The notes under the pieces are model-generated. The model ran no database searches. It had not been told where the DNA came from and saw nothing but the letters and a program-made list of their open reading frames with translations. The position numbers and the translations under genes are program-made. From contig CAVTHL010000014.1 in NCBI GenBank assembly GCA_963734465.1, positions 26,440 to 90,439 of the forward strand: a stretch of DNA of 64,000 nucleotides, written 5' to 3'. This stretch comes from an uncultured Alphaproteobacteria bacterium (GTDB lineage Bacteria > Pseudomonadota > Alphaproteobacteria > Rhizobiales > Xanthobacteraceae). Below, piece after piece: positions 57,139 to 64,000 of the stretch (position 1 is its first letter; each line of letters begins with the position of its first letter).

Positions 57139-57933
57139 GCGACGACATCCACGAGGTCTACGCCGTCGCTTATGCCACGCACGCGCGCAAGCGCGCCGAG
57201 AACTACATCTTCGGCGACCCGCACGACGAGATGACGTCGATTTCCTATTACGTCTGGGTGATCAAAGGGCCGCACGGCACCTTCGTTTGCGACACCGGCT
57301 TCGACGAAGCGGCCGCCAAGGAGCGCGGCCGCAAGATCATCCATCCGGTCGGCGAGGGGCTCAAGGCGCTCGGCGTGCAGCCCGACAAGGTCGAGCACGT
57401 CATCGCCACCCACATGCATTGGGACCACGCCGGCAATTACGACCTGTTCCCCAACGCGCGCTATCACGTGCAGGACACCGAGATGGCCTACGCCACCGGC
57501 CGCTGCATGTGCCACCAGACGCTGCGCATTCCGTTCAGCGAGAGCGACGTGCACGCCATGGTGCGCAAGGTGTTCGCCTATCGCGTCGACTTCCACGACG
57601 GCGTCGAGGAGCTCGCCCCCGGCATCACCGTGCACAAGATCGGCGGCCATTCGAAGGGCCTGCAATGCGTGCGGGTGAAGACCAAGCGCGGCTACTGTCG
57701 TGGTCGCCTCCGACTGCATCCACCTCTATTCGCACATCGACGAGGGCCGCGTGTTCCCGATCACTTACAGCGTCGGCGACACGCTCGAGGGCTACAAGAC
57801 GATCCAAAAGCTCGCCTCGTCGCGCCAGCACATCGTGCCGGGCCACGACCCGGAGGTGTTGAAGCTCTATCCGGCGGCGAAAGCGGGACTGGAGAACTGG
57901 GTGGTGCGGCTGGACGTGGACCCGAAGGTCTAG
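57135..57933 (+). CDS. MBL-fold N-acyl-homoserine-lactonase family hydrolase, frameshift near 57695
   Basis: DTG, THMHWDHAG, GHS, SD, PGHD. Confidence 0.82.
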
Positions 57934-58478
57934 ACCAACCCCAACTCCGCGAACGCATCCTTGTGGTGCTCGGCGCTCTCCGGCGCAAAGCAGCAGAACA
58001 CCACGCGGTCGATGCCGCGCGGGCGGGCGGCGATCTCGGAGGCGACCGTGCCGACCGCGATGCGCGCGGCAAGATCGGCCGGAAAGCGATAGATGCCGGT
58101 GGAGATCGCCGGATAGGCGATCGAGGTCAGCGCATGCGCCGCCGCGAGATCGAGCGCGGTGCGGTAGCAGGAGGCGAGCAGCGCCTCCTCGTCGCTGCCG
58201 CCGCCGTTCCATACCGGCCCGACCGCGTGGATGACGTGGCGCGCCTTGAGCGCGTAGCCGCGCGTGATCTTGGCCGAGCCGGTCTCGCAGCCGCCCAGCA
58301 TTTTGCATTCCTCGTAGAGCTCCGGCCCCGCCGCGCGATGGATGGCGCCGTCCACCCCGCCGCCGCCCAGCAGCGAGCGGTTGGCGGCGTTGACGATGGC
58401 CGCGACGTCGAGCGTGGTGATGTCGGCGACGACAATGTCGAGCCGCGTGTGGCCGATTTCGGCGCTGAGTTCCGTCAT
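57930..58478 (-). CDS. Macro-domain O-acetyl-ADP-ribose deacetylase (YmdB-like)
   Basis: VNAANRSLLGGGGVDGAIH, HAVGP, PAISTGIY. Confidence 0.92.
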   Translation of the reverse strand: MTELSAEIGHTRLDIVVADITTLDVAAIVNAANRSLLGGGGVDGAIHRAAGPELYEECKMLGGCETGSAKITRGYALKARHVIHAVGPVWNGGGSDEEALLASCYRTALDLAAAHALTSIAYPAISTGIYRFPADLAARIAVGTVASEIAARPRGIDRVVFCCFAPESAEHHKDAFAELGLV

Positions 58479-58505
58479 GCGCGCAGCATATCACGGTCGC
58501 GCGCT

Positions 58506-58636
58506 CCCTCTCCCCGCTTGCGGGGAGAGGGTCGGGGTGAGGGGGCGTTGCTACAAGTCTGAACCTGGCGGCTACGCCCCCTCACCCGACATTCTCGCTT
58601 CGCTCGAACGTCGACCTCTCCCCGCAAGCGGGAGAG
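58506..58636. repeat. Composite REP/RIME-like element with two inverted palindromic units
   Basis: CCCTCTCCCCGC-TT-GCGGGGAGAGGG-TCGGGGTGAGGGG ... CCCCTCACCCG ... CTCTCCCCGCAAGCGGGAGAG. Confidence 0.85.
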
Positions 58637-58646
58637 TAAAAAGCAG

Positions 58647-59728
58647 CTATCCGCGCTCGGCGTACACCTCGGCATCGAGATCGATGCTGCTCTTGACGCC
58701 GATATCGGCGTAATGCGCGTCGAGAAAGCGTCGCGCCGCGCGCTGGCCGAGCTTGCGCAGCAGCTGGAACGAATCGTAGTCGTTGCGCAGCTTGGTGGCG
58801 GAGGCGAAACGCTCGCCCAGGCCTTCCAGCACGATGCGGTGCACGTTGATGCGGCGGTATTCGTTCTTGCCGGTGCCGCGCGGAATGCGGCCGGCGTCGA
58901 TCTGCCGGTTGACGAATTCGATGGCGCGCAGGTCCGCCATCAGCGGCGCGTTGAAGGTGATCTCGTTGACGCGCGCCATGATCTCGCGCGTCGAGGTCGG
59001 CAATTTCTTGCGCACCAGCGGGTTGATCTGCACGATCAGCACGTCCTCGGCCGGCGTGGCGCGGAAGAACGGATAGAGCACCGGATTGCCGAGATAGCCG
59101 CCGTCCCAATAGTGCACGCCGTCGATCTCGACCGCGCGGAACACCGCCGGCAGGCAGGCCGAGGCCATCACCGCCTCGGCGGAGATCTTGTCGTGCGGAA
59201 ATATATGCAGCTGCCCGGTCTGCACATTGGTGGCGGCGATGAAGATCGGACGCGGATCGGCGCGCAAGCCGTCGAAATCGACGAAGCGTTCGACCAGGTC
59301 CTTGAGCGGATTGATGTTGAGCGGATTGAGATCGTAAGGCGAAAGATACTGCGACCAGGCCGCCAGCCAATTGAAGGTCGGCGAGCCCTCGGTCGGCACC
59401 AGCGAGAACAGCCGCTCGGCGACCGCGCGCTGCAGCGGCGGCAGGTCGCCGCCGAGGCTCGCCGCCCGCCAGAAGTCGGCAAGACGCTTGCGCGCTTCTT
59501 GCGGGCCGCCACGCCGCAGGCCGTCGGCCAGCATCACCGCGTTGACCGCGCCGGCCGAGGTGCCGGAAATGCCTTCGATGCCGAGTCGGCCGTCCTCCAG
59601 CAGATGATCGAGCACGCCCCAGGTGAAAGCGCCGTGCGCGCCGCCGCCCTGCAGCGCCAGATTGATGCGCTTTGCGCGCGCGGCTTGTCCGGTTTGTCGC
59701 CGCCGAAGGCGCGGGAGAGAATATTCAT
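58647..59728 (-). CDS. Patatin-like phospholipase/esterase, frameshift near 59680
   Basis: LQGGGAHG, GTSAG, DGG. Confidence 0.88.
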
Positions 59729-60507
59729 TGCGCCGTCCAGCCGCCGTCGATCGAATAGGCCGAGCCGGTGATGGTGGCGGCCGCGTCGCTCGCCAGGAAC
59801 ACCGCGAGCGCGCCGATGTTGTCCGGCGAGGTGTATTCCTGCATCGGCTGCTTCTCCGCCACCAGGATGCGCTTGGCTTCATCGAAGCTCTGCCCGGCCG
59901 CCTTGGCGCGCGCCTCGATCTGCTGCGCCACCAGCGCCGTCATCACCCAGCCCGGGCAGATGGCGTTGCAGGTGACGCCGGCATTGGCGGTTTCCATCGC
60001 CACCACTTTGGTCAGGCCGACCAGCCCGTGCTTGGCCGCGACGTAAGCGACCTTCTGCACGCTCGCCACCAGCCCGTGCGCGGAGGCGATGTTGATGATG
60101 CGGCCCCATTTGCGCTTCTTCATGCCGGGCACCGCGGCGCGGATGCTGTGGAACGAGGACGACAGATTGATGGCGATGACGGCGTCCCATTTCTCGACCG
60201 GGAAATCCTCGATGTTGGCGACGTGCTGGATGCCGGCATTGTTGACCAGCACGTCGAGCGCGCCGAATTCCTTTTCGGTGCCGGCGATCATGGCGGCGAT
60301 CTCGCCGGGCTTGCTCATGTCGGCCGGCGAATAGCGCGCCTTGACGCCGAACTCCTTCTCCAGCCCGGCGCGCTCCTGCTCGATGGCGGCTTTGTCGCCG
60401 AAGCCGTTGAGCATCACATTGGCGCCGTCCTTGGCGAGCGCGCGGGCGATCGCCAGCCCGATGCCGGAGGTGGAGCCGGTGACCAGCGCGGTCTTGCCTT
60501 TCAACAT
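59725..60507 (-). CDS. bdhA: D-3-hydroxybutyrate dehydrogenase
   Basis: TGSTSGIG, NNAGIQHV, SAHGLVAS, YVAAKHG, ICPGWV, EKQP. Confidence 0.92.
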   Translation of the reverse strand: MLKGKTALVTGSTSGIGLAIARALAKDGANVMLNGFGDKAAIEQERAGLEKEFGVKARYSPADMSKPGEIAAMIAGTEKEFGALDVLVNNAGIQHVANIEDFPVEKWDAVIAINLSSSFHSIRAAVPGMKKRKWGRIINIASAHGLVASVQKVAYVAAKHGLVGLTKVVAMETANAGVTCNAICPGWVMTALVAQQIEARAKAAGQSFDEAKRILVAEKQPMQEYTSPDNIGALAVFLASDAAATITGSAYSIDGGWTAQ

Positions 60508-60685
60508 CGTTTGTCCTCGTCGGATGCGGCCAAAGGGCCGCAAATGGGGGTGTTTGGAACAGGGCGGGGAACCTGCTCCCATTTTTGCTGCAATGCAATA
60601 TATAGGACGGCAGGGCGGTTTTCGCGACTCGGCATCGGGCGCGCTACACTTGGTGCGCATTTGGGGCTCACGAAAGGCGGAGCCT

Positions 60686-61186
60686 TTGGCTCGAAACACC
60701 AATCTGCGCACGGCCTTCCCGGCGCCCAACCACGACCACGAGCGCTGCGCGAGCGACGCCCTCGCGCACGCCGAGGCGCTCTGCGCCGAGCGCGGCGAGC
60801 GGCTGACGCCCATGCGCCGGGCCGTGCTGCAGGCGCTGCTGGCGAGCCACGCCCCGCTCGGCGCCTACGAGCTGATCGACCGGCTGTCGGTGCGCGGCGC
60901 CCGCATCGCGCCCATCACGATCTATCGCGCGCTCGACTTCCTGCGCGCGCAGGGCCTCGTGCATCGCATCGAGAGCCGCAACTCGTTCATCGCCTGCGTG
61001 CACAATCACGACAGCGGCGATCCGGTGGTGTTCCTGATCTGCGAGAAATGCGGCGCGGTCGGCGAGGCGGCGAGCGCCGCGGTCGCCGACACCATCAAGT
61101 CGGCCTCGCGCGCCGCCGGCTTCACGCCCAAGACCCCGGTGATCGAGATCTCCGGCATCTGCGCGCATTGCAAGGCGGCGTCATAG
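60686..61186 (+). CDS. zur: Fur-family regulator, Zur-like (TTG start inferred)
   Basis: HDHERC, RLTPMR, AYEL, YRALDFL, CEKC...CAHC. Confidence 0.8.
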   Translation: MARNTNLRTAFPAPNHDHERCASDALAHAEALCAERGERLTPMRRAVLQALLASHAPLGAYELIDRLSVRGARIAPITIYRALDFLRAQGLVHRIESRNSFIACVHNHDSGDPVVFLICEKCGAVGEAASAAVADTIKSASRAAGFTPKTPVIEISGICAHCKAAS

Positions 61187-61196
61187 TCCGCGCCGC

Positions 61197-62112
61197 ATGT
61201 CCAGTTCGTCCGCGTCCAGCCACCACCACCACACCCGTCCGCTCGACGCCTTGGCCGTGATCGCGATGGTGGTGCTGTGCCTGTCCTGGGGCTTCAACCA
61301 GGTCTCGGTGAAGCTCGCCATCCACGACATTCCGCCGCTGCTGCAGGGCGCCATCCGCTCGTGCGGCGCCACGCTGATCGTCGCGACCTGGGCCAAGGCG
61401 CGCGGCATTGCGTTGACCGCGCGCGACGGCACGCTCGTCGCCGGGCTCGCCGCCGGCGTGCTGTTCGGCGTCGAGTTCATCTTGATCTATCGCGGCCTGC
61501 TCTTCACCACCGCGACGCGCGGCACGCTGTTCCTTTATCTCGCGCCGTTCTTCGTCGCGCTCGCCACGCGCGTCTTCTTTCCCACCGACCGCTTTCATCT
61601 GCCGCAATGGCTCGGGCTCGGCATGTCGTTCGCCGGCATCATCGTCGCCTTCGGCCTGCCGACGCCGGCGCTCGATCCGCGCCAGACGCTGGGCGACCTG
61701 ATGCTGGTCGGCGCCGCCGCGTTCTGGGCGGCCACCACGGTGCTGATCAAGGCGAGCGCGCTCAACCGCGTGTCGTCGGAAAAGGTGATGCTGTATCAGC
61801 TCGTCGTCTCGGCGCCGATCCTCGCGCTTGCGCGCGCTGGTGTTCGGCGAGCGGATCACCGCCATGCCGTCGGCGGTGGCGCTCGGCTCGCTCGCCTATC
61901 AGACCGTCTGGGTGGTGAGCGTCACCTTCGTGGTCTGGTTCGCGCTGGTGGTGCGCTACTCCGCCAATAGGCTGTCGGCCTTCACTTTTCTGTCGCCGCT
62001 TTGCGGGGTCGCCGCCGGCCATCTGGTGCTGGGCGAGCCGCTGACGCCGGCCTTTGCCGCCGCGGTGGCGCTGGTCGCCGGCGGATTAGTGCTGGTGAAT
62101 CGCACGAAATGA
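61197..62112 (+). CDS. EamA/DMT transporter, frameshift near 61830
   Basis: WGFNQV...R, two hydrophobic repeats, LGEPL. Confidence 0.85.
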
Positions 62113-62161
62113 GCCGCCGACGCGAAGCAGCGGTCTGAATTGCGGCGGCCCGATAGGGCCA

Positions 62162-62202
62162 CTCACCCGCTCGCTCGCGCTGCCCCCGCCGGGGAGAGGG
62201 GT
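62162..62202. repeat. Degenerate REP-like unit
   Basis: CTCACCCG...CCCCCGCCGGGGAGAGGG, related to 58506-58636. Confidence 0.5.
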
Positions 62203-62250
62203 GCGCCCGCGTTGACCCTGCCATATTTGTCTGGCACGGAAAGACGCAAG

Positions 62251-63496
62251 ATGAGCACGCTGGAACGTCACAAAACTGCAACGGTCGATGTCGGCGGCAT
62301 CAAGGTCGGCGGCGGTGCGCCCATCGTCGTGCAGTCGATGACCAATACCGACACCGCCGACGTCGAAGGCACCGCGCGCCAGGTGGCGGCGCTCGCCCGC
62401 GCCGGTTCCGAGCTGGTGCGCATCACCGTCGACCGCGACGAGGCCGCCGCCGCCGTGCCGCACATCAAGGAGCGGCTGGCGCAGATGAACGTCGCCGTGC
62501 CGATCGTCGGCGATTTCCATTACATCGGTCACAAGCTGCTCACCGATCATCCGGCCTGCGCCGAGGCGCTCGACAAATACCGCATCAATCCCGGCAATGT
62601 CGGCTTCAAGAACAAGCGCGACCCGCAGTTCACGCAGATCGTCGAGATGGCGATCAAGCACGGCAAGCCGGTGCGCATCGGCGTCAACTGGGGCTCGCTC
62701 GATCAGGAATTGCTCACCAGACTGATGGACGAGAACTCGAAGTCGCCCGAGCCGCTCGACGCGCGCGCGGTGATGCACGAGGCCATGGTGCAGTCGGCGC
62801 TGTTGTCGGCGAAGCGCGCGGAAGACATCGGCCTGCCGAAGAACCGCATCATCCTCTCCGCCAAAGTCTCCGCCGTGCAGGACCTGATCGCGGTCTACAC
62901 CGAGCTCGCGCGCCGCTGCGACTACGCGCTGCACCTCGGGCCTGACCGAAGCCGGCATGGGCTCGAAGGGCATCGTCGCCTCGTCGGCCGCCATGGGCGT
63001 GCTGCTGCAGCAGGGCATCGGCGACACCATCCGCATCTCGCTCACGCCCGAGCCGAACGGCGATCGCACGCGCGAGGTGCAGGTGGCGCAGGAGCTGCTG
63101 CAGACCATGGGCCTGCGCACGTTCGTGCCGCTGGTCGCGGCCTGCCCGGGCTGCGGCCGCACCACCTCGACCACGTTCCAGGAACTGGCCCAGGACATCC
63201 AGAGCTTCATCCGCGACTCGATGCCGGGATGGAAGACGCGCTATCCGGGCGTCGAGACGCTCAACGTCGCGGTCATGGGCTGCATCGTCAACGGCCCGGG
63301 CGAGAGCAAGCACGCCGACATCGGCATCTCGCTGCCCGGCACCGGCGAGCAGCCGACCGCGCCGGTGTTCATCGACGGCAAGAAAGCCGCCACGCTGCGC
63401 GGGCCGACCTTGAGCGCCGATTTCAAGCAGATGGTGATCGATTACATCGAGCGCCGGTTTGGCACGGGCGGCAGCGCGCGCACGGCTGCCGAATAA
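62251..63496 (+). CDS. ispG: HMBPP synthase IspG (GcpE), frameshift near 62940
   Basis: [50 protein letters not shown]. Confidence 0.95.
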
Positions 63497-63520
63497 CTCA
63501 GCCTCCAACGACCTTGGCGA

Positions 63521-63627
63521 ATGCGCGGGCTTGACCCGCGCATCCATGATGACGCGCCCACGGGAGAGCCTTACGATAACTCTGCAATCGCCTTGCCATC
63601 TCATGGATTGCCGGGTCAAGCCCGGCA
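63521..63627. repeat. REP doublet (inverted pair)
   Basis: ATGCGCGGGCTTGACCCGCGCATCCAT ... ATGGATTGCCGGGTCAAGCCCGGCA. Confidence 0.8.
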
Positions 63628-63632
63628 CTCAA

Positions 63633-63789
63633 CTAAGGAGAGGCCTTCATCGCGCTCGCCGCGGTCGCATAGCCGCCGTCGGCGCCGTCGATGAAATGCA
63701 CATGGTTGGGGCTCGTCGGCGACGGCGTGAAGCACGTCATCATGGCCGCGTTCTGCCGGTGCGTGCCGAAGCGCACCACGCCGTCGGCT
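63633..63789 (-). pseudogene. 3' remnant of a DUF3095-like gene
   Basis: Manual translation ADGVVRFGTHRQNAAMMTCFTPSPTSPNHVHFIDGADGGYATAASAMKASP*, preceded by an in-frame TGA; family call from memory of the HFIDGADGGYA motif. Confidence 0.6.
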
Positions 63790-63816
63790 CACAAGCCGCG
63801 CACGCTCCCGCCGTTC

Positions 63817-64000
63817 TCACAATCCCAACTCGCTATGCGACCCGAGCCGCACCAGATCGAGATGCATTGTGTCCGGCTTGCGATAAATGAGAACGAGGTC
63901 GGGCTTGATGTGGCAGTCGCGGTGGTCGTTCCACTCGCCGGACAGAGGATGATCGAAATTCCGCCGCGGCAGTGGCGTGTCGGCGGCGAGCAGTTGGACC
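63817..64000 (-). CDS. yafQ: YafQ-family type II toxin (mRNA interferase), 5' part outside the window; absent from the ORF track
   Basis: Manual translation ...LAADTPLPRRNFDHPLSGEWNDHRDCHIKPDLVLIYRKPDTMHLDLVRLGSHSELGL*. Confidence 0.9.
   Translation of the reverse strand, partial: VQLLAADTPLPRRNFDHPLSGEWNDHRDCHIKPDLVLIYRKPDTMHLDLVRLGSHSELGL

Noticed and set aside
57135-57933. Quorum-quenching function for the lactonase-family gene
   Set aside because: The HxHxDH motif is shared across the family, and coupling to a dehydrogenase fits a metabolic lactonase equally well
56247-58562. 771-aa dehydrogenase-lactonase fusion ORF
   Set aside because: A frameshift near 57070 bypasses the TGA at 57136-57138, which overlaps the lactonase ATG; the ORF tail is antisense to the macro-domain gene
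58506-58636. CRISPR array or tRNA-like structure
   Set aside because: Only paired palindromes of the REP type; no spacer periodicity, no cas genes, no cloverleaf

Overview
High-GC alphaproteobacterial chromosome segment (Hyphomicrobiales; a Xanthobacteraceae/Nitrobacteraceae-like origin is inferred from gene content and repeat families). Dozens of single-base frameshifts, including in glnD, mutS and ispG, point to an unpolished long-read assembly, so coordinates of split genes are reconstructed by eye. Contents in order: a beta-CASP nuclease, glnD, a SAM-II-like riboswitch leading a sulfonate ABC operon, and mutS. A ~37 kb aromatic/C1 catabolic region follows: an amidohydrolase-TPP enzyme-iorBA-TRAP operon, two MarR regulators, an fcs/crotonase/SDR/thioesterase set, a Liv-type ABC transporter, pcaIJFHG, an HTH-methyltransferase-fold protein, metF, ligM, three tandem short MetE-like genes and a CoA module. 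The end holds emrRAB, a macro-domain gene, patatin-bdhA, zur-eamA-ispG, REP-like repeats and a partial yafQ toxin. Best candidate for an undescribed system: a lignin-methoxyl C1 module in which a Cro-like HTH fused to a SAM-methyltransferase fold may control, through a shared GTGGG-N6-CCYAC palindrome, the ligM demethylase and a triplet of folate-domain-less MetE paralogues. No tRNA, rRNA, CRISPR array or transposase was recognised.
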